Shown piece by piece: positions 6,755 through 14,578 of a stretch of DNA of 29,795 bases. The position numbers and the translations under genes are program-made. Under the pieces are notes generated by a model. The model saw only the letters and a list, made by a program, of their open reading frames with translations, had not been told where the DNA came from and did no database searches. The number at the start of each line of letters is the position of its first letter. Position 1 is the stretch's first letter. Source of the stretch: a virus (Duplodnaviria > Caudoviricetes); the IMG/VR virus record IMGVR_UViG_3300032219_001332, positions 1-29,795 of that record, one strand, 5' to 3'.

Positions 6755-7759
6755 ATGGTGGACATTGCTAGCGAGTTCGAGGGCATCTCTGTTCGGAAAG
6801 ACATTGACGATCTGACAAAGCAAACTGCGGCCTCCCTTTCGAGATTTGAAAAGGGGCGCACGCAGCAGGCAATCGAGCTCGATCAATCAATCACGCCTGA
6901 CAGAGTCCTGCCAGTGGACCATGAGTTCGCTGCCCAGTATGCGGACGTTACGTGCGAAGGTGCGACGATAGCCGCTCGGTCAAAGGTTGTCTTCGTTGGC
7001 ATGGCCCGGCAGATCGGAGGCATCTTGCCGCTGACGCTGAGCCGGCTTTCAGACCTGAGTAAGCATTTCAAAACGACGTGCGTTGTTGTGGTTGAAAACG
7101 ACTCGACCGACTCAACGAAAGAGGTCCTTAAGGAGTTTGCGGCTGACAATCCAAGGACAGTTGTTGTCGAGTCAAAAGACAACGGCAGGCCGCACCTGCA
7201 CGGCTTCGAGCCCAGCCGCGTCCAGGCGTATGCCGAGTACCGGAACAGAGGCAGAGAGCTTGCCATGGAACACTTCGGCGACGCTGACTATGTGATCGTC
7301 GTGGACTTCGACGCATGGGGCGGGTGGAGCGCTCACGGGCTCATCAACGGGATCGGCTGGCTCGAAAGAATTAAGGACGCCGCGTGCATGGCAAGCACCT
7401 CGCTCTTTCAGCACCCTGGCAACGGCATAGATGGCAAGGTGGTCTGGTGCCACTATGACCAATGGGCCTTTCGTTGGCATGGGTGGAAAGCACGCCTGGA
7501 AGCCTGGTTCACGTTTTGGCTTCCGCCGCCTGGTGCGCATCCGATTCGTGTCTTGTCTGCGTTTGGTGCTGCTGCGATTTACAAGGCCGAGCCGTTCTTC
7601 GCCTGCAAGTACGAGTCGATCAATGGCGACATTGAGCATGCAGGCCTGCACAACAACATGATCGCCAAGGGCTGGTCGATCTGGCTTAACCCTGCACAAC
7701 GGACGCTGATGCACTGGACGCCGGAGACCACGGATGGCGGGCAACACGGCGGCAATTAG
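6755..7759 (+). CDS. GT-A fold glycosyltransferase, CAP59/GT69-like
   Basis: AGGAGG RBS; VVENDSTDST, YRNR, DYVIVVDFD, YDQWAFR, V.SAFGAAAIYK, EH..LH, I.LNP. Confidence 0.75.
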   Translation: MVDIASEFEGISVRKDIDDLTKQTAASLSRFEKGRTQQAIELDQSITPDRVLPVDHEFAAQYADVTCEGATIAARSKVVFVGMARQIGGILPLTLSRLSDLSKHFKTTCVVVVENDSTDSTKEVLKEFAADNPRTVVVESKDNGRPHLHGFEPSRVQAYAEYRNRGRELAMEHFGDADYVIVVDFDAWGGWSAHGLINGIGWLERIKDAACMASTSLFQHPGNGIDGKVVWCHYDQWAFRWHGWKARLEAWFTFWLPPPGAHPIRVLSAFGAAAIYKAEPFFACKYESINGDIEHAGLHNNMIAKGWSIWLNPAQRTLMHWTPETTDGGQHGGN

Positions 7760-8093
7760 CCTTACAGAGTTCCGCGCAGACTGGGACACGCACATGCCCA
7801 TGCGAGCATTGTGCGAGCGTTACACGATTACCCGTGACCAAGTCATACGGCTCCGCGACGTGTGGCACCTGCCGTTGCGCAATGACCGGCGGCTGCGGTT
7901 TAAGCCGAAGCGCTGCGACATGCGCGACCCGACGCCGCGCGAGATCATCCAGGCGTGCAAAGAGATACAAGCCAAGTGGGACGCTCGCACCCGCGAAGAG
8001 CGGGCTGTGATCAAGACGCAGCACGTCCACCTGCGGCGGATTGAGATGACCGACGAGGCCCGCGAAGCGCTTGGCCAGCTCGAGGACGAGTGA
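7734..8093 (+). CDS. HTH protein with DPTPxEI motif (paralog of 5178..5504)
   Basis: W.THMPMRALCERYTITRDQVIRLRDVWHLPLR...DPTPREI. Confidence 0.6.
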   Translation: MAGNTAAISLTEFRADWDTHMPMRALCERYTITRDQVIRLRDVWHLPLRNDRRLRFKPKRCDMRDPTPREIIQACKEIQAKWDARTREERAVIKTQHVHLRRIEMTDEAREALGQLEDE

Positions 8094-8362
8094 TGCAGCA
8101 TCAAGACCACGTCGAGCGGCGAATCGTTGTCGAGTACGGCCGGCGGTATGTCTACCTGACCATGCAGGACGCAGACGGGAAGCTGGTGCCGGGCTTTGAG
8201 GAAGTCTTTACGCAGCCCTTCCTGCTCGACCGGAAAGACGCCCACGAAGAAGCGGGCGACTGCTGGCAGGACGTGTACCAGTTCGTTTCAGACACGTGCG
8301 TGTGGCCTCTGCCAGAGGCCGAGGACGGCCCGGCAGAATCGGGTGAGGAGGACTCGCCATGA
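8093..8362 (+). CDS. Hypothetical protein with acidic C-terminus
   Basis: TGATG coupling with the upstream gene; fits the operon. Confidence 0.65.
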   Translation: MQHQDHVERRIVVEYGRRYVYLTMQDADGKLVPGFEEVFTQPFLLDRKDAHEEAGDCWQDVYQFVSDTCVWPLPEAEDGPAESGEEDSP

Positions 8363-8667
8363 CCATGCCGAACTATCAGGGCACCGCAGACGAATACGCC
8401 AAGTACGGGGCAAGCCTCAACATTTGGCAGCAGCTGCAACTGCTGAGCCAGTGGAGCCCGTTGATCGGGTTTGGCCAGCGGTTTGTCAATGAAATTGACC
8501 CGTACCGCAAAAGCCTCGTGGTGAGTGATCTAGCAGAATGGCTCGCAAGCAAAACAAAAGCACAGACCGACGATCGGCTCGTACAACTGCTGGCCGAAAT
8601 GCTGAAGACGCCGCAGGGCGAAAACCTCGTCCGGTTCCTGCTGCTCCAAGCCGAGGCCGCGAAGTGA
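8359..8667 (+). CDS. Hypothetical helical protein (putative lysis block)
   Basis: GAGGAGG RBS and ATGA overlap. Confidence 0.7.
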   Translation: MTMPNYQGTADEYAKYGASLNIWQQLQLLSQWSPLIGFGQRFVNEIDPYRKSLVVSDLAEWLASKTKAQTDDRLVQLLAEMLKTPQGENLVRFLLLQAEAAK

Positions 8668-9272
8668 ATGATTCGCTCCTACGCGCCTGCTGTGTCATTG
8701 CCGCTGCTGCTCTCGCGGCTTCGCCCTACTGGGCGGAGATCCGAGCTGCGGCCGAGCGTGCCGCCAAGGCCGTGCGAGCCAGTGGCGGCGGGCTGATGCG
8801 TTGGGGCGCTGTTGCCTTGCTGCTCGCTGTAGCGTCTGGCGTGCAGCTGCCGAAGCTGCCGCAGTTGCCGAACGTGCCTGTGCCGACGATTACCGTGGAG
8901 ACGCCGAGCGTGGAGATGCAGACGAGAGTTGCGGGCGTTGCTCGAGCACTGGCCGGGGCCAACCCGGCCGAGCGTGCCATCTGGGCATCCGTGTGGGAGA
9001 AGGCGGCCGTGGTGGTCGCTGCCCCCGAAGGTAAGGAACCCGTCTTCACCGACAGCCGATCGCTGCGTGGCTTCACCGTCTTATCGCTCGACATCGCCTG
9101 GCGGCGTATGGCTGGCGTGCAGCCTGGCACCATGCCTGGGCTTCGTGAAGCCGTCGAGGCTGTCATGAGCGAAGCCGTGGGCCTGGACGTGAAGCCCGTC
9201 GATTCGGAGATGAAGCGACGGTATGCCGAGGCGTGCCGTGCGATCGCGTGGGCTGGCATCGGGAGGGGCTGA
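8664..9272 (+). CDS. Membrane-anchored protein (two hydrophobic segments, Pro-rich linker, helical domain)
   Basis: GTGA overlap start; hydrophobic segments CCVIAAAALAASPYW and WGAVALLLAVASGV; LPKLPQLPNVPVP linker. Confidence 0.65.
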   Translation: MNDSLLRACCVIAAAALAASPYWAEIRAAAERAAKAVRASGGGLMRWGAVALLLAVASGVQLPKLPQLPNVPVPTITVETPSVEMQTRVAGVARALAGANPAERAIWASVWEKAAVVVAAPEGKEPVFTDSRSLRGFTVLSLDIAWRRMAGVQPGTMPGLREAVEAVMSEAVGLDVKPVDSEMKRRYAEACRAIAWAGIGRG

Positions 9273-9273
9273 T

Positions 9274-10185
9274 ATGGCCGACTTCCTGCCGCTCATGGGG
9301 TACGTGCCCGATCGTGAGGGCACCGATGCGTTTCTCTCGACGCTCGCCCGCCCGACGCTCGCCCAGGCCGGGCCGGATCTGGTGCTGGACGAAAGCCGCG
9401 ACGTGTTCCTAGGGCAGTACCTGCTGGCCTGCGATCCTGGTTGGAAGCGTGGAGCGCAAAAAATCGGGAGCTGCACCGGGTGGGCGTGGGGCCTATCCGT
9501 AGACATCCTTGCGGCTTGCGATGTACTTCTGCGTGGCGAATCCGAGAGCTACGGCGGCCGTGTTCTTGAAGCCTCGATTTATGCGTTCAGCCGTTGCGAA
9601 ATTAGGGGCGGCCGAAATATTGGAGGGGATGGATCTTACGGCGGCGCGTGTGCCAAAGCGGTGACACAATACGGCACTCTTCATTACGGCATCGACTACG
9701 GCGGGCAGCGGTTCACCGACAACAGCGGAACACGCGAAAAGAACTGGGGCCGCGACGGCGTGCCCGACGAGCTCGAGCCCTACGCTGCAAAACATAAGGT
9801 CAGCAGCGTGGCCATGGTGAAGACGTTTGAGGATGCCGCAAAAGCGATCCAGAACGGCTACCCGGTGGCCGTGTGCTCGATGCGTGGGTTCTCAATGACG
9901 CTGCGAGACGGTTACCTGTCGCCGATGGGCCAGTGGGCTCACGCGATGACATTTGCAGCGGTTCGGTGGAGCCCGAAGCCCGCCCTGCTGTGCGTGAACA
10001 GCTGGGGCGACTGCTACTCGGGCAGCGTCGATCCGAACCTGCCGCCGCAGTTCCAGAAGTCGGCCGGCTGGGTGGACGCAGCCACCTGCACGTCGATGCT
10101 CTCTGGGGAAGACTCATTCGCCCTGAGCGGCTACGCAGGCTTTCCGCCCCGCATGCTGCCCGATTGGACAGGAGGCGTGCTGTGA
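9274..10185 (+). CDS. Papain-like (peptidase C1) cysteine protease
   Basis: Q-KIGSCTGWA (oxyanion Gln and catalytic Cys), WAHAM (His), VNSWG (Asn); GGGAGG RBS. Confidence 0.85.
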   Translation: MADFLPLMGYVPDREGTDAFLSTLARPTLAQAGPDLVLDESRDVFLGQYLLACDPGWKRGAQKIGSCTGWAWGLSVDILAACDVLLRGESESYGGRVLEASIYAFSRCEIRGGRNIGGDGSYGGACAKAVTQYGTLHYGIDYGGQRFTDNSGTREKNWGRDGVPDELEPYAAKHKVSSVAMVKTFEDAAKAIQNGYPVAVCSMRGFSMTLRDGYLSPMGQWAHAMTFAAVRWSPKPALLCVNSWGDCYSGSVDPNLPPQFQKSAGWVDAATCTSMLSGEDSFALSGYAGFPPRMLPDWTGGVL

Positions 10186-10478
10186 GGCTTTCCCGCATTC
10201 TGCTCCTGGCCCTCGTCGCCGGCTGCGTCAACGCAACCGCCGTCGATCGGCCCGACATCGTTGCCGACCTGGCGTGTGAGACTGCCCGCATGGCCGTGCA
10301 GCTCGGGCAGCAGATGACGCCGGCCCCGGCCTCGGACAAGTGCGACAACTGCGACGGCACCGGGAAGATCGGAGACGGGCGGATTGTGATGACGTGCCCA
10401 GTGTGCAAGGGCACAGGCAAGAAGGCGAAGTCTGTGCTAGTCACAGGCACCTGCACCACTGGAGCCTGCAAGCCATGA
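10182..10478 (+). CDS. Putative lipoprotein with DnaJ-type zinc-finger repeats
   Basis: Signal MRLSRILLLALVAG-C (lipobox); CDNCDGTG and CPVCKGTG; C-terminal CTTGAC. Confidence 0.7.
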   Translation: MRLSRILLLALVAGCVNATAVDRPDIVADLACETARMAVQLGQQMTPAPASDKCDNCDGTGKIGDGRIVMTCPVCKGTGKKAKSVLVTGTCTTGACKP

Positions 10479-10816
10479 GCCTCGAGGACCTCGACGCCTA
10501 CGTGTGGTCGCAGCTCTCCCCGCGCCGCTACGCAGCAGGCCGTTCGCTCGTGGCCCGGCTCACCAGGCGAGTGGTCCGCAAGTTCCCGCACCTGGTCATG
10601 TCGCAGACCAAGCCAGAGTCTTACGGCATGGTGATGCACGAGATCGCCAAGAGCATCGAGCGAAGCGAACGCCAGAACTACGGCATGGGAATCATCCTGA
10701 CGCTCGTGCTGTCAGCCCTGCTCTCTGAGATCGTCAAGGCCGTTCTGCGGTGGTGGCTGCAATCTGCCAGCAATCGGGCACTGATGTTAGGGTGGCAAAC
10801 GGAGATGCGCAAGTGA
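10475..10816 (+). CDS. Hypothetical protein with one hydrophobic helix
   Basis: ATGA overlap; GMGIILTLVLSALLSEIVKAVLRWW. Confidence 0.65.
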   Translation: MSLEDLDAYVWSQLSPRRYAAGRSLVARLTRRVVRKFPHLVMSQTKPESYGMVMHEIAKSIERSERQNYGMGIILTLVLSALLSEIVKAVLRWWLQSASNRALMLGWQTEMRK

Positions 10817-11076
10817 CAGACGAAGTTAAAAGCACGCTGTTCACCATTATGGAAAAGTGGGGCTTTCCCACGCTGGTTGCCATCGTCGCCATGTGGGTGC
10901 TCAGGCAGGACGTGTTGCTGCCGCTGGTACAGTCACACAAGCAGTTCGTGGAGCAGCTGGGCGAGACACAGCAGGACATCTCAAAGGCCATTCAGGAGCA
11001 GACCCGCCTGCTCTACGCCATGCAGCCAGGACGATCGGCAGCGGCCCACATGCCAGATACCGACGCGGCGAACTGA
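10813..11076 (+). CDS. Holin-like single-TM protein with coiled-coil tail
   Basis: GTGA overlap; 87 aa; WGFPTLVAIVAMWVL followed by a heptad-like region; last gene of the membrane/protease block. Confidence 0.5.
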   Translation: MTDEVKSTLFTIMEKWGFPTLVAIVAMWVLRQDVLLPLVQSHKQFVEQLGETQQDISKAIQEQTRLLYAMQPGRSAAAHMPDTDAAN

Positions 11077-11109
11077 CCGCACTACATCACCTACAAGAGC
11101 GTCGTTCCA

Positions 11110-11691
11110 ATGGCGATGAGCCCGAAACTCCTGCGACCGCGAGCCAGCGGCCCAACTGGTGCGCCGCCGGTATACCCGATTCGCGCCATCCATGCGGGCG
11201 GTGCTGCGCGAATACAGCGACCGGGGCCGTCTGAAGTTGTGTATTTTCCGAGTGTAGGTGGCGCTGGCGATCTGTCGGTATTCGGCACGCTAGCAGAGGG
11301 CCAGACTGAGATAACCGTCTCGTACGAATCTCGGGTGACTTCGCTGCTCGCCCAAGAGGCCGGCTCTACGTTTCTAAACGGATCGCTTGAGATCGTCCTG
11401 GTCGATGCCACGAATCGCGTTGTCGGCTGGGGCGTTACTTCTACCAGCACAAGCGTGTATTCAACGAACGGCAATCTCGGGCACACGATGACGTTGCGAG
11501 TGCTGCGGTTTCCAAGCATCCCGCAGAACTATTGGGTGATCGGGCAAAGCGGCACTACGTTCTCCTCGCTGCCTTCGTACATATTCGCTGGCGTGCAGCC
11601 GTATCAAGTGGTGTCGCTGCCCGTCGTTACCGTTCGCCCAAGTCTCTGGAAAGCCGAAACCCTTCGACCCGTGTACCACTGGAGCATCTAG
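11110..11691 (+). CDS. Hypothetical beta-rich, probably virion-associated protein (MAMSPKLLRPRAS N-terminus)
   Basis: 193-aa ORF rich in V/S/T/G, adjacent to fibre-like genes. Confidence 0.6.
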   Translation: MAMSPKLLRPRASGPTGAPPVYPIRAIHAGGAARIQRPGPSEVVYFPSVGGAGDLSVFGTLAEGQTEITVSYESRVTSLLAQEAGSTFLNGSLEIVLVDATNRVVGWGVTSTSTSVYSTNGNLGHTMTLRVLRFPSIPQNYWVIGQSGTTFSSLPSYIFAGVQPYQVVSLPVVTVRPSLWKAETLRPVYHWSI

Positions 11692-11694
11692 ATC

Positions 11695-12054
11695 ATGGCC
11701 GCGCCGAACGTCAATTCCCCGACCCGCGTTGAATTCAAGACTGCCCGCCTCGCCGCCACGACGGCATCGCAGACCATCGTGTCGTGCGGTGCGACGAGCA
11801 ACATGGCGATCCGCGTTGTCAGCCTTGTCGCCGCCAACATCGACGGCACCAGCGCCTGCGATGTGACCGTGACGACGAGCGACGGCACGGCGACCCGCAG
11901 CATCGTCAGCACGGTAACGGTGCCTGCCGATGCCTCGCTGGTGATCGCCAGCCGCGAGAACCCTATCCACCTTCCCGAAGGCTGGACGCTTGCCGGTTTG
12001 GCGAGCGCGAGCGGCGATATCGAATTCACTACGGCCCATGAGGAGATCACCTGA
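11695..12054 (+). CDS. Small beta-sandwich-like putative virion protein
   Basis: MAAPNV...VAANIDGT..CDVTV...IVSTVTVPADASLVI......I.L.EG..L...AS...DIE....EEI pattern, typical of small phage structural proteins. Confidence 0.65.
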   Translation: MAAPNVNSPTRVEFKTARLAATTASQTIVSCGATSNMAIRVVSLVAANIDGTSACDVTVTTSDGTATRSIVSTVTVPADASLVIASRENPIHLPEGWTLAGLASASGDIEFTTAHEEIT

Positions 12055-12518
12055 TGCCGTCAATCAACGATCCATGCTGGCGTGACGCGAGCGGCGTGCC
12101 TGCGCTGGAGTTGCCGTTTCGCGTGCAACTGCCAGACGGCACAACACGCACCGATCCATCGCAGTGGAGCGAGGACGCTGACGTTCTCGCCGCTGCCGGA
12201 TGGACGCGTTCCACGCTGACGCAGGCCGATCTGGACGCGCTGTTCCCGGCACCGCCTCCGGCACCAGAGCCAACATGGCTGGAGGCTGGCTACGCGACGA
12301 GCGAGGGCTGGCGGCTCGGATGGCAGGCCGACGACGTGGCTTTGCTCACAGGGCTGTACGTTCTCACTGCGAGGGCAAACCAACTGGGCGTGACGCAACC
12401 TTGCGTTGTGACCGATATGGCGGGGCAGCGGCACACGCTGACGTTCAACGAGTTTGAGGCTGTGATGTTGGCGTATGGTGCGGCTCGGGCGGCTGCTAGT
12501 GCAGGAGGTGACGCATGA
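12054..12518 (+). CDS. Tail-fibre assembly/chaperone-like protein (DUF4376-like C-terminus)
   Basis: TRTDPSQWSED..VL..AGW, Pro-rich linker, then D..LLTG......D..G..H.LT..EF..VM..YG; adjacent to the FN3 fibre gene. Confidence 0.5.
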   Translation: MPSINDPCWRDASGVPALELPFRVQLPDGTTRTDPSQWSEDADVLAAAGWTRSTLTQADLDALFPAPPPAPEPTWLEAGYATSEGWRLGWQADDVALLTGLYVLTARANQLGVTQPCVVTDMAGQRHTLTFNEFEAVMLAYGAARAAASAGGDA

Positions 12519-13300
12519 GGGGGCGAGGAGGATTTATCGGCGCGAACGCGACGCCTGCAAGCGAGGCGGTCAACTCTGCGGCGAGCGGTGTGTGGACGGT
12601 GCGAGAGGCTGAGAGTCTGAAGCGGGCCGGGACTTGGCCGAGTGCGCCGACCGTACCGGGAACTCCGACCTCGCTCGCCGCATCGGGAGGGAACGCACAA
12701 GCATCGTTGACTTGGACTGCTCCCGCAAGCAACGGCGGCTCGGCGATTACCGATTATGCCGTTCAGTTTTCTAGCGACAGTGGCTCAACGTGGACCACCT
12801 TTTCAGACGGGACATCAGCGGCGACCAGCGCGACCGTGACTGGCCTGACAAACGGCACTGCGTATGTCTTCCGTGTGGCATCGGTCAATGCTGTTGGCAC
12901 TGGAGCATACACGGCTGCGAGTGGCAGCGTGACTCCGACTGCTGCGCCAACACTGACGAGGATTACCAACGGCACGAATGGATCGTTCACCGGAACCGGC
13001 ACGGCAGCAGACCCGTTTGTTGCGGCTTCGTACTTCGGTGGATTTCTGGGTGCTGTACGGTTTCAGGTGAGCGGTAGCGGCACAATACAAGTGAGATACA
13101 ACGCGACAAATGACGGCGACGACTATTTGCAATTTGGTTTCTTCACCGACGCTGGCGGGACGTTTTATTCGTTCGGTGGAGGAGACGGCGCTGGCACTAA
13201 TCGCGTGGTAAGTTTTGCGGTTACGGCAAACGCAATTTTTCGCGTTTCAGTTGATAATGCTGGCAGTTTCACGAACCTGCGAATCTGGGCGACGGCGTGA
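12515..13300 (+). CDS. Fibronectin type III domain fibre/adhesin-like protein
   Basis: N-terminal GGFIG...ASGVW...E......WP, then FN3 (PGTPTSL...LTWTAPASNGGSAITDYAVQ...VTGLTNGTAYVFRVASVNAVGTG) and a beta-rich C-terminal domain. Confidence 0.85.
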   Translation: MRGRGGFIGANATPASEAVNSAASGVWTVREAESLKRAGTWPSAPTVPGTPTSLAASGGNAQASLTWTAPASNGGSAITDYAVQFSSDSGSTWTTFSDGTSAATSATVTGLTNGTAYVFRVASVNAVGTGAYTAASGSVTPTAAPTLTRITNGTNGSFTGTGTAADPFVAASYFGGFLGAVRFQVSGSGTIQVRYNATNDGDDYLQFGFFTDAGGTFYSFGGGDGAGTNRVVSFAVTANAIFRVSVDNAGSFTNLRIWATA

Positions 13301-13461
13301 GGCACACCCTGGAACTCCTGCTCTGCTCTGCCATCGGCGGCTACTGCCTGTGGCGTTGCATCGCCGTGATGCCGGGCGTGATGGACGAGTTGGGTGCGTT
13401 GTTCGGCGCGATGCTCGGCAGGGCGAGAGACATAGAAGCGGCTATAGAAGAGGCCGAGTGA
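13297..13461 (+). CDS. Small hydrophobic protein, 54 aa (MRHTLELLLCSAIGGYCLWRCIAVMPGVMDELGALFGAMLGRARDIEAAIEEAE)
   Basis: Translated by hand; GTGA overlap with the FN3 gene; its stop is immediately followed by a repeat site. Confidence 0.55.
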   Translation: MRHTLELLLCSAIGGYCLWRCIAVMPGVMDELGALFGAMLGRARDIEAAIEEAE

Positions 13462-13581
13462 CGCTCTTCACCTTTAGAGACGGCTATATCGGATACGGTA
13501 TGTCGCTCTTGCACCAGTGTTGAGTCTGTTACGAAACCTCTGCCGTAAGAAAAACGGGCATAGGTTTCTTACGGAATGGCA

Positions 13582-13609
13582 TTGCGCGGCTGGGCCGCAC
13601 GGGTAGAAT
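13582..13609 (+). promoter_or_regulatory. Promoter TTGCGC-N16-TAGAAT, probably producing a leaderless mRNA
   Basis: The ATG at 13617 is 7 nt after the -10 box and has no Shine-Dalgarno sequence. Confidence 0.6.
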
Positions 13610-13616
13610 CTGAGCC

Positions 13617-13859
13617 ATGACAGACATCGCCACACGCCTGCGGCAGACCCGCGCCAACATGCTCGGAACCGAAGACGAGCAGCACTACTGGGATTGCCAC
13701 GAGGCCGCTGCCGAGATCGAACGCCTGCGGCTGTGGGGCCGCCTCACCAGCGCGGAGCGTGAGGCCGTGATCGTCGCGTCGATAGAGTTGCAGGCGCTGT
13801 CGATGAGCGAGACGAATCACTCCGATGCCCTGCGGTCGATCCTGGCGAGGCTGCCATGA
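13617..13859 (+). CDS. Hypothetical phage protein (TDIATRLR...EAAAEIERLR...LTSAEREAV modules)
   Basis: 80-aa ORF with its own promoter; its stop overlaps the next start. Confidence 0.7.
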   Translation: MTDIATRLRQTRANMLGTEDEQHYWDCHEAAAEIERLRLWGRLTSAEREAVIVASIELQALSMSETNHSDALRSILARLP

Positions 13860-14071
13860 TCGCCACGCTTCGATTCGACATGAGCGACCCGGACGACGAG
13901 CGGGAGCACCGATACGCTCTTGCGGGTCGGGACGCGCTCATCGCACTGGAGCAGATCGACCAGTGGGCGAGAGGCCGACTTAAGCACGGCACGCCGTCAG
14001 CGGAGGCCACCCACGATCTGGAGGCGGTGCGGGCGATGGTGCCGCACGAATTGACCGGCCTGCTTCACTGA
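13856..14071 (+). CDS. Hypothetical phage protein, 71 aa
   Basis: ATGA overlap; ATLRFDM.DPDDE.EH..AL.G......L..ID.W.R..LKHG pattern. Confidence 0.7.
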   Translation: MIATLRFDMSDPDDEREHRYALAGRDALIALEQIDQWARGRLKHGTPSAEATHDLEAVRAMVPHELTGLLH

Positions 14072-14097
14072 CCCTACACGCCGCAGAGAGAGACGCG

Positions 14098-14205
14098 ATG
14101 ATTGACGAGATGGCCGAATCGACACTGCCACCATTGTTGCTGCGAACGCTGGTTGCCCTTTGGCGTACACACCCAACTGGGCTGAAGGCAAACCTGCGCT
14201 ACTGA
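14098..14205 (+). CDS. Cassette mini-ORF 1, 35 aa (MIDEMAESTLPPLLLRTLVALWRTHPTGLKANLRY)
   Basis: ATG at offset +26 from repeat 14072; the stop (CGC TAC TGA) lies inside the next repeat. Confidence 0.45.
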   Translation: MIDEMAESTLPPLLLRTLVALWRTHPTGLKANLRY

Positions 14206-14222
14206 AATCAGAGAGGGACGCG

Positions 14223-14411
14223 ATGGCAGGCAAGCCGCAATACTGGCTCGTCACAACCCAGCAAGCCGACTGTGCTGGCTACTGCACTTTCGCGATTGCC
14301 AAGCACCCAGCCGACTACATGGCGCAGCGGATCGAAGACGCTCTGATTTTTGCCCTGCCGATCACCGAGCGGCAGTTTCGGGCGATTGACAAAGCGTACT
14401 GCGGGAACTGA
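14223..14411 (+). CDS. Cassette mini-ORF 2, 62 aa (MAGKPQYWLVTTQQADCAGYC...)
   Basis: ATG at offset +26 from repeat 14197; the stop is 4 nt before the next repeat. Confidence 0.65.
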   Translation: MAGKPQYWLVTTQQADCAGYCTFAIAKHPADYMAQRIEDALIFALPITERQFRAIDKAYCGN

Positions 14412-14440
14412 GTGACGCTCTTGAGCGAAGGGAGAGACTG

Positions 14441-14578
14441 ATGGATTGGTCGCACCTTGCCTGCCTGCTCGCTGGCGTTTTCGTCGGCTCGTTCTTGATG
14501 ACCGTCTGGCGGAACGAGCGACGGTATCGCCGGGAACAGGATGCCTTGCGGCTCGGGGCGATGAACCGCCGCCGATAG
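14441..14578 (+). CDS. Cassette mini-ORF 3, 45 aa single-TM protein with Arg-rich tail (MDWSHLACLLAGVFVGSFLMTVWRNERRYRREQDALRLGAMNRRR)
   Basis: ATG at offset +25 from repeat 14416; the stop is 2 nt before repeat 14581. Confidence 0.6.
   Translation: MDWSHLACLLAGVFVGSFLMTVWRNERRYRREQDALRLGAMNRRR

Noticed and set aside
13915-13940. CGCTCTTgcgggtcGGGACGCG resembling a cassette site
   Set aside because: It lies mid-gene (RYALAGRDAL), the right arm and spacing do not match, and it is not at a gene boundary.
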